In this document: positions 18,797 through 27,631 of the stretch, piece by piece
Layout: each line of letters opens with the position of its first letter
Numbering within the stretch: the first letter of the stretch is position 1
Assembly (NCBI GenBank): GCA_963741955.1
Contig: CAVUKB010000006.1
Span: 288,001 to 352,000 of the forward strand
Length of the DNA: 64,000 nt
DNA from: an uncultured Acidobacteriota bacterium
GTDB taxonomy: Bacteria > Acidobacteriota > Thermoanaerobaculia > Gp7-AA8
Direction of reading: 5' to 3'
Made by a program: the position numbers and the translations under genes
The notes under the pieces: generated by a model
What the model was told of the DNA's origin: nothing
Seen by the model: only the letters and a program-made list of their open reading frames with translations
Database searches by the model: none

Positions 18797-21070
18797 TCAC
18801 CAGTGATAGCGGGCGCGGACGTACTCGACGTGTCCGGTGTAGTCGCCCTGGTTCGCGTCGATCAGGAACATCCCCGGAAAGTAGTTCTGGCGAACGTATT
18901 CATTCCAGACCGGGCTCGCATCGTAGCGCTCGATCCATCCGCCGAAGACGACGTCCCACACCTCGGTCGCGTGAAGCGTCAGATCCACCGTGAGCCGCGC
19001 GAGCTTCGAATCGTCGAACCGGGGGATGTCTGCGGCCGGAATGGTTTCTTCGGCGGAATCGAGAAGCATCGCCGAATCCGTTCGCTCGAAGAGTTGAGAG
19101 ACGTTGACGTCGAGGCGTTCGGGCAGAATGGTCGCCGTCAGCCCGCCCCCGAACGAGAGGACATCGTCGTTCTCCCGTGCGATCCATTCCGCTGATGGAG
19201 CCGCGGCGCTTCCGAGCGCGCTCTCGACTCCGTTCTGCGTCGCATCGATGGAGTCCCTCGAGACGAATCCCCAGACGTTCCATCGCTCGCCGGGGGCCCA
19301 GTCGGCGTCGAGCGACAGCGCCGAGCTCGAGCTCCGAGAAAGTCCGAAGCGTGTTTGCGGATAGTCCTCACGAGCTCCGGTATATCCGAGCGTGACGTCG
19401 AGATCGCCCGAAGGTGGCGTGAGCTGGAGAAGCGCGTTCCACCGCGTGAGATCTCGCTCGGCGAGATCGAACGGCTGCACCCCGTCTGGATTCCGGAACG
19501 CGAGCGGTACGGGACCGACGAAGCTCGCCCCTTCTCCGGTGTTCTGGAGGTCTGACCCCGCGCTCCGGCTCCCGCGCTCGAAACCGGTGCGGAGCGCGAT
19601 CCACCCGCCCGTACGAAGATCCGCCCCGATGCGCCAGGTGTTCTCGGTCGAGCTCTTGACGTCCCGGAAATCGCGCCGTAACGATTCCGATCGAAACCCG
19701 GTCTCGAGGGTCACCGGGCCGGCGTCGTAGCTGATCTCGTTGTCCCAACGGTTCCTTCGCCATCCGTACGGGACGGAGATCCGCGCCACGGGAACCCATT
19801 CGGAGTCGAAGCTCGCATAGCCGGGAAACGTGATTCTGTCGGTTGCGTTCGAGAGATCGTAATCGCGGAAACGGCTGGTGATGGATCGGCCCTTGACCGG
19901 CCGGCTGGTGAAGACGACCGCGAGTGACTGCGTGTCGATCCGGCCACCGAGGCTGGGAGCCGGAAGCTTCGAGAGATCGGTCGCGTCGAATGGTGCTCCG
20001 ATCGCGGAGTTGGTGGTGTACGCGATGAACGGGACGTCCTGCGTCCATCGGCCGGCCGTCACGTCTGCGGTCAGGCGCGACCGCAGCGGAAGCTTGAGCA
20101 CTACTCCGGCGCCCGCGGTAAGTGCCTGGTTGTCGGGGGCGAGCGAGATCCGGCCGGTCGGCGGTCCATCGATGGAGTCCGGACCCGGAGCGAGGATCGC
20201 ATCGGGTCCGCTCGAATCGGAAACGCGGAACGGGTTGTCGAACCGGTAGCTGATCACCACGTCCGCGAAATCGTCGTAACGGAAGGACCCGTGGAGAAGC
20301 CCCGACCGGAACGGAACTTCGATTGTGGCGCTCAGGTCGATGGTCTTGTTGTCGATCGGTTCGGCGGTCTCCACCGCGTTCTCGAGCCCGAAGGAGGTCC
20401 CCGCGGCGCGGGTTCCGCTGCGGTTGATCTCGAAGTAGGTCGCCTGAAGATCGACCGGTGAGTCGGGGGTGGTCTGAAGCGAGAATTGCCCGTGCTTGCG
20501 GTCGAGCGCGAGGTCGATCGGAGGCGTGGCATTGAGCGACGGCGCGACGAGGTCGCGGAAAAATCCGTAGTCGACGCTTCCGGGATCGGCAACGAACTGC
20601 CGGGCAATCACTTCCTGAAAAGTCTGTTGCAGAGTGTCGCTGATCTCCAGCTTGTCACGTGTGGTCTGTGACTCGAGAGAGTGTCCGTTGAATCCGAAGT
20701 GATGAGGGATCCGGTTCGCGTCGACGTCGACGCGGAAGACGCTGAACCCGAGTCCGAGCCGGAGCCGGCGGTCGTGTGCGGTGAGGTCGGTTCCTTCCAC
20801 TGAATAGCGGATGCCGTCTCGCCCCTGAACGAAAAGGAGAGGAAGGACGCTTCCGTCCGGAACGTCGGCGTACTCGGTGAACTTCGCCGATCCTTCTCCG
20901 TCTCCGTCACCCTTCACCCCGGCGGAGTCGAGACCTACGGCCTGTACACCGATGTCGATCAGGCCGGTCTGGAAATCCTTCGACGGCTCCGGTGGAGACG
21001 CCGGCGTCGTCTGGGCGCTCACCGTCGCGGTGACCAGAAGTGCGAGCAGACCGGCCGTGACTCTGATCAT
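18797..21070 (-). CDS. MtrB/PioB family outer-membrane beta-barrel
   Basis: Signal peptide; SAKFTEYADVP, EPID, FDNPF and LAPDNQ motifs; terminal aromatic residue; directly downstream of a decaheme cytochrome. Confidence 0.85.
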   Translation of the reverse strand: MIRVTAGLLALLVTATVSAQTTPASPPEPSKDFQTGLIDIGVQAVGLDSAGVKGDGDGEGSAKFTEYADVPDGSVLPLLFVQGRDGIRYSVEGTDLTAHDRRLRLGLGFSVFRVDVDANRIPHHFGFNGHSLESQTTRDKLEISDTLQQTFQEVIARQFVADPGSVDYGFFRDLVAPSLNATPPIDLALDRKHGQFSLQTTPDSPVDLQATYFEINRSGTRAAGTSFGLENAVETAEPIDNKTIDLSATIEVPFRSGLLHGSFRYDDFADVVISYRFDNPFRVSDSSGPDAILAPGPDSIDGPPTGRISLAPDNQALTAGAGVVLKLPLRSRLTADVTAGRWTQDVPFIAYTTNSAIGAPFDATDLSKLPAPSLGGRIDTQSLAVVFTSRPVKGRSITSRFRDYDLSNATDRITFPGYASFDSEWVPVARISVPYGWRRNRWDNEISYDAGPVTLETGFRSESLRRDFRDVKSSTENTWRIGADLRTGGWIALRTGFERGSRSAGSDLQNTGEGASFVGPVPLAFRNPDGVQPFDLAERDLTRWNALLQLTPPSGDLDVTLGYTGAREDYPQTRFGLSRSSSSALSLDADWAPGERWNVWGFVSRDSIDATQNGVESALGSAAAPSAEWIARENDDVLSFGGGLTATILPERLDVNVSQLFERTDSAMLLDSAEETIPAADIPRFDDSKLARLTVDLTLHATEVWDVVFGGWIERYDASPVWNEYVRQNYFPGMFLIDANQGDYTGHVEYVRARYHW

Positions 21071-21083
21071 CGGAATACGTCCT

Positions 21084-22004
21084 TCACCGCCCCAGGTACG
21101 GCCCGGAGGGAGCGTTCGACCCGTGAATGTTCTGATGGCAGTTCATGCACGCTCGCCCGATCATCCGGTTCGACGGACGCGCTCCGCGTATGGTCGACTG
21201 GAATCCGGAGAGAGTGCTCGGGTGATCCGGTTCGAGATGGCACCGCTGACAGAGAAACGGAGGGCGCGCCACGAGAAGTCGGTCATGGACCGATCCGTGC
21301 GGGGTGTGGCAGAGAAGACAGTTCTCGCCGACCGGTGCATGCTCCCAGAGAAAAGGTCCGCGCATGTCGGTATGGCAGCGGTCGCAGAGCTCGTTCACCG
21401 AGTCGGCCTTCAGCAGGTGAGGGCGTGTCGCGTCATGGACGTCGTGACAGCTCGAGCACTCGAGCTTCCCTTCGCGGATCGGATGGTGACTGGTACGCAT
21501 GCTCTGCGCCCGAACGGAGGGATGGCAGCGATAACACGTCTCCCGTTCCGTCGGCGCGTCGAGTGCCGCCCGCACCGACTTCGGATCGTGAACCGAATGG
21601 CAGCTGGTACATGAGAGTCCTCTGCGCTGGTGGATGCTGCCGCTCCAGTGGGCCCGGCTTCGCCGGTCGTGGCACTGAAGACAGGTCCGGTCGACTGCGT
21701 CCGGCGGCGCGGAACGGAGCGACTCCATGGACGCAGATTGCTCGCCCTCCTGTTCGGCGCGAGCGTGGGCCGCCACGTCACCGTGACATCGAGCGCAGCT
21801 CGCAACGAGCTCCGCGTGGGGCGTCCGGTCGAAGTGCGTGAGGGCGGCGGCGTGGCACTGGCGGCAGGTCGCTTCGTCGAAATCGATCTGGTGAAGCGAA
21901 CCACTCCCCTCCGCCCCGGAGCGAGGATGCGCGAAGGCAATGCCTCCGGCGGCGGTCAGCATGAACAGCATGGCGGCGACGATAGCCGCGTGGAGACGGC
22001 GCAC
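21084..22004 (-). CDS. MtrA/DmsE family decaheme c-type cytochrome
   Basis: Ten CxxCH motifs counted; GPFLWEHAPV and C-terminal CHQNIHGSNAPSG. Confidence 0.93.
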   Translation of the reverse strand: MRRLHAAIVAAMLFMLTAAGGIAFAHPRSGAEGSGSLHQIDFDEATCRQCHAAALTHFDRTPHAELVASCARCHGDVAAHARAEQEGEQSASMESLRSAPPDAVDRTCLQCHDRRSRAHWSGSIHQRRGLSCTSCHSVHDPKSVRAALDAPTERETCYRCHPSVRAQSMRTSHHPIREGKLECSSCHDVHDATRPHLLKADSVNELCDRCHTDMRGPFLWEHAPVGENCLLCHTPHGSVHDRLLVARPPFLCQRCHLEPDHPSTLSGFQSTIRGARPSNRMIGRACMNCHQNIHGSNAPSGPYLGR

Positions 22005-22252
22005 AGAACCTCCCGACCGGAGCGCTCACACCATGGATCGAACTGCGGGAATCCGAATGACGCGCGAGGTTACCACAGCACCACCCCGGGAAGAGGCGGT
22101 CGCTGGCGGGGAGGGAGTGACCCAGGAATCTGCGCGGCCACGGCGGGAGCCGTAGCGCCCCTCGGAGAGGGGATCCTTCGCTGCCCAGCAAGCTCGTGCC
22201 GACTCCCGGCTGACACGCGGATTTTGCTCGAGTTCGGGCCATTGGGGCTGGC

Positions 22253-22435
22253 TCATAGCTCTTCGTCCGGATCCTCCTGGCGAAGAGGTTGTCCCGGCTT
22301 GCGGAAGGGATCGCGTCTCCGTTGCGGCGCTTCTTCGTCCTCCTCGCCCCATGGATCGAAATCGATCTCCTTCGTCTTCTCCATGAACTCCAACTCGCGT
22401 GCGTCGCGGGTCTCGTCGTTTCTCCTATTGGCCAT
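22253..22435 (-). CDS. small acidic hypothetical protein (60 aa)
   Basis: GGAG upstream of ATG; plausible codon usage; fills an intergenic gap. Confidence 0.5.
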   Translation of the reverse strand: MANRRNDETRDARELEFMEKTKEIDFDPWGEEDEEAPQRRRDPFRKPGQPLRQEDPDEEL

Positions 22436-22648
22436 CGAGGGTCTCCAGTGAAGCTTCATTGCGGGCTCGCCCGTACCCTCGCTTCAGAGCAACCGCCGCG
22501 CCAAAAAGGCGAGAAAAGGTAAAGAGTCGACGGTTGCCTCGTACCGCTCGTCATGCAGGCGTGGGAGCGTCGCGAGCGATTCACCGAGCGGTCGGAGAGC
22601 CGCCGGCGTTGACAACCCCAGGTGTTTCTCCTACGTTTGCGGCGCGCC

Positions 22649-23692
22649 ATGCCCGACATTGCGGAGGATCCGGAACCGAAGCCACGCCGTTCCCGCTTCC
22701 TCTCCGGGATCGGCCGTCCGTACCTCTTCGAGATCGTAATCCTGATCCAGCTCCTCCTGTTCGAGCTGATGCAGATCTCGAGCGGTTTTCTGCTCAGTTC
22801 CCAGCTTGTGCTCATCGCAATCCGCGAATTCGTCCCGGCCACTCTGCTGGATGCCGCAGCGGGCGTTCTTCTCCACATCGGCTGGTCGGCCTTTCGTGGA
22901 CGGGGACGCGAGTATCTGAGGACGGTCTTCAGCGGGAAGTGGCTCCTTCTGACGGCGCGGATCATGTTCGCGGAAACCCTCATGATCTACACGTACGGAT
23001 GGATCAAGCTGCTCCTTCCTCTGACCCGCGACCGGTGGTTCGACGCGCAGCTGTGGCAGGCCGACCGGATCGTGTTCGGCGGGATGTCGCCGAACGTCCT
23101 CTTCCTGACGCTCTTCTCCTGGCCGCCGTTCCTGCGATTGGTCGACCTGAGCTACGGTTATCTCTTCTTCACCGCTTTGACCGTCTCTACCGCACTCTTC
23201 CTCAGTCTTCGCTCCGAGCGGCTGCGTGTCGCCTTCGCCACCGGAAGCATCGCCCTCTGGAGCGTCTCGGCATGGCTCTACTACCTGGTCCCTTCGATGG
23301 GGCCGGCGTACCGGTTCGGTGACGTCTGGTTCGCGTACGAGAAGTATCTCCCGGTGACGCGTTCGCTCCAGCACGCGCTCCTCCGAAGTTTTCTCGGGGT
23401 GCTGAAGCTGCGCGAGCACGTCATCGATCCCGCCGTCCGTTTCACTTTCGGGATCGCCGCGTTTCCCAGCCTCCACGTCGGTTTCACGACGTTCGTGGCC
23501 TTATGGATCGGGGTCTTCTCGCGGCGGATGGGACTCCTCGCCGGCCTGGTCGCGGCGATGATCTTCGTCGGTTCGGTGATCACCGGATGGCACTACTTCA
23601 TCGACTCGCTGGCCGGAGCGGTGCTCGGAGTGCTCTGCTTCGCGTGGACGTACCGGATGTACCGTATCGGCGAGGTCGAGACGCGCGACTGA
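22649..23692 (+). CDS. PAP2-superfamily membrane protein (Aur1/IPC-synthase-like)
   Basis: PSMGP, AAFPSLH and GWHYFID motifs; multiple TM segments. Confidence 0.85.
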   Translation: MPDIAEDPEPKPRRSRFLSGIGRPYLFEIVILIQLLLFELMQISSGFLLSSQLVLIAIREFVPATLLDAAAGVLLHIGWSAFRGRGREYLRTVFSGKWLLLTARIMFAETLMIYTYGWIKLLLPLTRDRWFDAQLWQADRIVFGGMSPNVLFLTLFSWPPFLRLVDLSYGYLFFTALTVSTALFLSLRSERLRVAFATGSIALWSVSAWLYYLVPSMGPAYRFGDVWFAYEKYLPVTRSLQHALLRSFLGVLKLREHVIDPAVRFTFGIAAFPSLHVGFTTFVALWIGVFSRRMGLLAGLVAAMIFVGSVITGWHYFIDSLAGAVLGVLCFAWTYRMYRIGEVETRD

Positions 23693-24789
23693 AGCGGAGG
23701 CCGCGCGCTGCGAAGGACGATGCGCAGAATCTCGTTCGGTGCCCACAGCCGCATCCGCGGCCCCCACGTTCCGGTTCCCCGACAGACGATGACGGTCGTC
23801 GGCCCCGCCTCGTAGCGTCCGGCGGAATACGGATACGCCATCCGGACGAAGAGGCCGAATGGCCAGATCTGTCCCCCGTGTGTATGTCCTGCGAGCATCA
23901 GACCGACCCCGGAAGCCGCGGCCGTGTCGACCTGGGCCGGGATGTGCGAGAGGAGAATGACCGCCGCGGGGTGCGGCCGTCCTTCGAGTGCGCGCGAGAC
24001 GTCGCCACGTCCCGGCTGCGGCCGGTGGCCCGGATTGTCGACCCCTGCGATCACCAATCCCGGCGCTGCCTCGCCCCACTGATCTCTCAGCCACCGGATT
24101 CCCGCCGCGCGCATCAACTCGTCCGTTTCACCACCCGCGTGACGTTCGTGATTTCCCGGCACGGCCCACACGCCGAGCGGCGCGCGCAGTCTCCGTAGTG
24201 AACGGAGAAGCTCTTCTTCGGCCGGACCGTCTCCCTCCACCACATCACCGGCGAGCGCGATGAGATCGGGACGGAGTGCGTTCACCTCTGCCACTCTTCG
24301 CCCGAGCCATCTCTCTCCGGTGAGCGTTCCCAGATGCAGATCGGAAATGGCGACCACCACCATCCCATCCCTCTCGGGCGGAAGATCCTTCATCCAGACT
24401 TCGTAATCCCGGACCACCGGCGGACGGATCGCATTCAGGGTGGCGACGAGCGCGAGGACGACCGTCGCGATCAGCGCGGTCGTGCGCGCCGCATTCACGC
24501 GACTGCGAAGGAGGAAACCGAAGCCGGTGATCAGATCGGCAATGAAGAACATCGCTACGGCGATGAGGAGAAATCCCATCCACTCGACGCCGATCCATTC
24601 CAGAGCGACGGCGCTCAACCCGCGGCTCTCGAGAATGCGCGCAACGAGCCAGGCCGAACCGAGGACGACGCCGGCGACTGCGGTGATCCGGAGAGAGACG
24701 CGGGATCGAATTCCGCGGACGCTGTGGATTCTCGCGAGTACGTAGACGTTCATCAGCGTCCAGACGGCGAGTGCAACGAGAATGAACAT
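23593..24789 (-). CDS. membrane-anchored metallophosphoesterase
   Basis: DLH, GD, GNHE, LSH and GHTHGGQ motifs; 3' end overlaps the convergent PAP2 gene by 100 bp. Confidence 0.9.
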   Translation of the reverse strand: MFILVALAVWTLMNVYVLARIHSVRGIRSRVSLRITAVAGVVLGSAWLVARILESRGLSAVALEWIGVEWMGFLLIAVAMFFIADLITGFGFLLRSRVNAARTTALIATVVLALVATLNAIRPPVVRDYEVWMKDLPPERDGMVVVAISDLHLGTLTGERWLGRRVAEVNALRPDLIALAGDVVEGDGPAEEELLRSLRRLRAPLGVWAVPGNHERHAGGETDELMRAAGIRWLRDQWGEAAPGLVIAGVDNPGHRPQPGRGDVSRALEGRPHPAAVILLSHIPAQVDTAAASGVGLMLAGHTHGGQIWPFGLFVRMAYPYSAGRYEAGPTTVIVCRGTGTWGPRMRLWAPNEILRIVLRSARPPLQSRVSTSPIRYIRYVHAKQSTPSTAPASESMK

Positions 24790-24997
24790 GCCGCGCGTAT
24801 GGTGACACCGTACCCGAGCGGAGGATGTGCCCGCGGGCACAACATTGCGGTTCGAGGCATCCTCGTCGGGACGTGACAATCTTTGCGCTCGACAGACGTC
24901 CGCGCCGGCTTTACCTATGAGAGTAGTTCGCACGGCGTGATCGAATTCCGGATGGCGGCCGCTCCGGAGTCCGGCGCCTGCTATCCGGGAGCATCCT

Positions 24998-25714
24998 ATG
25001 CAAACTGCGATCTTCTTACGTCGCGTGCAGCAGCTGGGTGGATTGCCAGACTCCACTACGGCACTCGCATGGTCCACCGCAGTCGTCTCGATGCTCGCGT
25101 CGGAGCTCGAAGACGCCGCCATGAGGGATCACTTCGTGTCGCAACTTCCCGCCGCGATCGGATACGCGCTCCTTCATCCCTCCAACGATTCACCCGGCGC
25201 GGGGGAGCCGTTCCGCTCCAGCGCTTCGGGCGCGCGCTCGAGATCGGAAGAAGAACATCCACTGCGGGTGGTGTGGAAGGTTCTCGGGGAGACGATCTCA
25301 CCCGGAGAGATCCTCCATCTCAAGAGCCATCTTCCATCGGACGTCGTGGAGCGGCTGGACCGTTTCGAACGGGAAGCTTCCGAAGAGGAGGAAGAGATCG
25401 TCTCCGCACTCAACGACACCAGAATGGAACGCGACGGCAAAAGCAGTTCGTCGGCGGCCGCCGTGTCACTCGGAGACTTCGACACGCGCTGGTACTTCGC
25501 GGAAGAAGCGGTGGACGAAACGGGCGAACCGACCTCGTTGCTCGGTCTCGCGGAACCGTCGGCCGCGGGGCTCGGAGTCTCCTATCGTGACGGCGAGCCA
25601 CTCGAGCCGGGCGAACATCGAAACCTCGATCGGTGGGAGCTCGACCCCGCGTCCGCGGAGGATTACCGGAGACGCCCCGTTTCTGCGAGGCGCCCCCGGC
25701 GGATCGATCACTGA
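24998..25714 (+). CDS. DUF2267-like protein with acidic C-terminal tail
   Basis: FLRRVQQLGGL...SQLP and ISPGEILHLKSHLP helical repeats. Confidence 0.6.
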   Translation: MQTAIFLRRVQQLGGLPDSTTALAWSTAVVSMLASELEDAAMRDHFVSQLPAAIGYALLHPSNDSPGAGEPFRSSASGARSRSEEEHPLRVVWKVLGETISPGEILHLKSHLPSDVVERLDRFEREASEEEEEIVSALNDTRMERDGKSSSSAAAVSLGDFDTRWYFAEEAVDETGEPTSLLGLAEPSAAGLGVSYRDGEPLEPGEHRNLDRWELDPASAEDYRRRPVSARRPRRIDH

Positions 25715-25723
25715 AGCTGCGAA

Positions 25724-27067
25724 TCAGAGTGCGGACGAGAGCGTCACGTTGAGCGCCCGCTCGATCTCCTTTGCAAGAAGACCCTCCTCGCTCTCGCGAA
25801 GATCGTAATAGGCTCGCACCATCGGCTGGTCGATCTTCAGCACGCGGGTGAGGTCGATCGGCGTTCCGATGATCACCACGTCACACGGGGTCCGGCGGAT
25901 CGTCTCCTCGAGCTCCGCGATCTGCTCGGCGCTGTAACCCATGGCGGGAAGAATCCCGCACGCGTTCGGATATTTCCTGAAAGTCGCGGCGATGGAGCCG
26001 ACTGCGTATGGTGACGGGTCGACGATCTCGGAGACCGCGCCGTTGCGGGCCGCGACCACGCCGGCGCCGAAGCCCATGCCGCCGTGTGTCAGCGTGGGTC
26101 CGTCTTCGATGACCAGCGCTCGCTTGCCGCGAACCGCGTCGGGGTCGTCGAGCCGGACCGGCGACTCGGCTCGGATCACCCGCGCTTTCGGGTTCAGCTC
26201 CGCCGCGGTCGCTTCGATCAGCTTGATGTTCGCTTCATCCGCGGTGTCGCACTTGTTGATCACGATCACGTCGGCCATCCGGAAGTTCGTCTCCCCCGGA
26301 AAGTAGGACGTCTCGTGCCCCGCGCGGTGCGGATCGGCGATACAGATGTGAAGAGTCGGGAAGTAGAACGGGAGGTCGTTGTTGCCGCCATCCCACAGGA
26401 TGATGTCGGCTTCCTCTTCCGCACGTTCGAGAATGCGGCCGTAGTCGACGCCCGCGTAGACGACGAAGCCGTTGTCGATGTGCGGTTCGTACTCTTCACG
26501 CTCTTCGATGGTGCACTTCTCCAGGTCGAGGTCCGCGTAGCTCGCGAATCGTTGACTCGCCTGCGCTGCGAGGTACCCGTAGGGCATCGGGTGACGGATG
26601 GCGACGACTCTCTTTCCCAGTTGCTTGACGATGCGCGAGATGTAACGCGTGGTCTGACTCTTTCCCGACCCGGTACGGACGGCGGTGATCGCGATGACCG
26701 GGCGCCGGGAGCGAATCATCGTCTGACGGGTCCCGAGAATCTCGAAATCCGCCCCCGCTGCCTGGCAGAGCGCAGCCAGATGCATCACGTGGGAGTAGGA
26801 GACGTCGGAGTAGGAGAAGACGCAGAGCTCGATTCCGAGATCCGGAATCAGGCTTTGAAGCTCGCTCTCCGGGTGGATGGGGATTCCTTCCGGATAGTTC
26901 GGTCCCGCGAGCTCGGCCGGATAGCGGCGAGCATCGATGCCGGGGATCTGGGTGGCAGTGAAGGCGACGACGTTGTAGGAGGGATCGTTGCGGAATACGG
27001 TGTTGAAATTGTGGAAGTCGCGCCCGGCGGCTCCGAGAATCGCGACACGTCTGGGGGTCAGTGACAT
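25724..27067 (-). CDS. cyclic 2,3-diphosphoglycerate synthetase-like P-loop GTPase
   Basis: GAAGRDFHNFN, AVRTGSGKSQT, RHPMPYG, WDGGNND and EDGPTLTHG. Confidence 0.88.
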   Translation of the reverse strand: MSLTPRRVAILGAAGRDFHNFNTVFRNDPSYNVVAFTATQIPGIDARRYPAELAGPNYPEGIPIHPESELQSLIPDLGIELCVFSYSDVSYSHVMHLAALCQAAGADFEILGTRQTMIRSRRPVIAITAVRTGSGKSQTTRYISRIVKQLGKRVVAIRHPMPYGYLAAQASQRFASYADLDLEKCTIEEREEYEPHIDNGFVVYAGVDYGRILERAEEEADIILWDGGNNDLPFYFPTLHICIADPHRAGHETSYFPGETNFRMADVIVINKCDTADEANIKLIEATAAELNPKARVIRAESPVRLDDPDAVRGKRALVIEDGPTLTHGGMGFGAGVVAARNGAVSEIVDPSPYAVGSIAATFRKYPNACGILPAMGYSAEQIAELEETIRRTPCDVVIIGTPIDLTRVLKIDQPMVRAYYDLRESEEGLLAKEIERALNVTLSSAL

Positions 27068-27631
27068 AAATCCTCCGTCGATCTATCTCGGGAGATCGGC
27101 CCTTGCGGACCGGCGCAGCTCGGCCGCCTCGGCGGCCATCGAACATCATGTCAGAGTGGCCGGAGCCTGTACGTGACCCTCTTCACAGAAAGTAGTGACG
27201 ACATCGTCGGAGCTCGCGAGGTGTCGAAGTACCGCGCCATTCTCGTTCCGGCCTGAGAGTGATGATCGCCCCGCCGCCCCTCCCTCGCAGCGGAAAGAGG
27301 TGTTGCATTTTGTTTCGAGCAGGCACTTTCGAGGTGAATGGACGGAGCTCTGCAGCCGGAAACAGCGCAGCAATCGGGTCAGAATGGACCCCGGGCGATC
27401 AGACCCTGACCCGCGTTTACGCGAAATTTCCTGGAATTGCGTTCATTCTGCGACCCATCAATAACGGAGGATATGCCGACAACCTCAGCGCGACGAGAGG
27501 TTTGCGGAGGGCGCGCCCTCGTGGCACCAGCAGAGCCATTGCACGAACCGGACTCGAATCGTTCGCGGGGGCCGTTCTGCGCCCCGCGCCGCTTTTGTGA
27601 ACTCGTATCTATGAAATGAAAGGAAGCATGA

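Noticed and set aside
27068-27631. Riboswitch or ncRNA in the long divergent intergenic region (CGGGTCAG...CTGACCCG inverted repeat)
   Set aside because: No recognisable aptamer consensus; the TGGCAC...TTGC spacing is wrong for sigma54. An Rfam scan would be needed.
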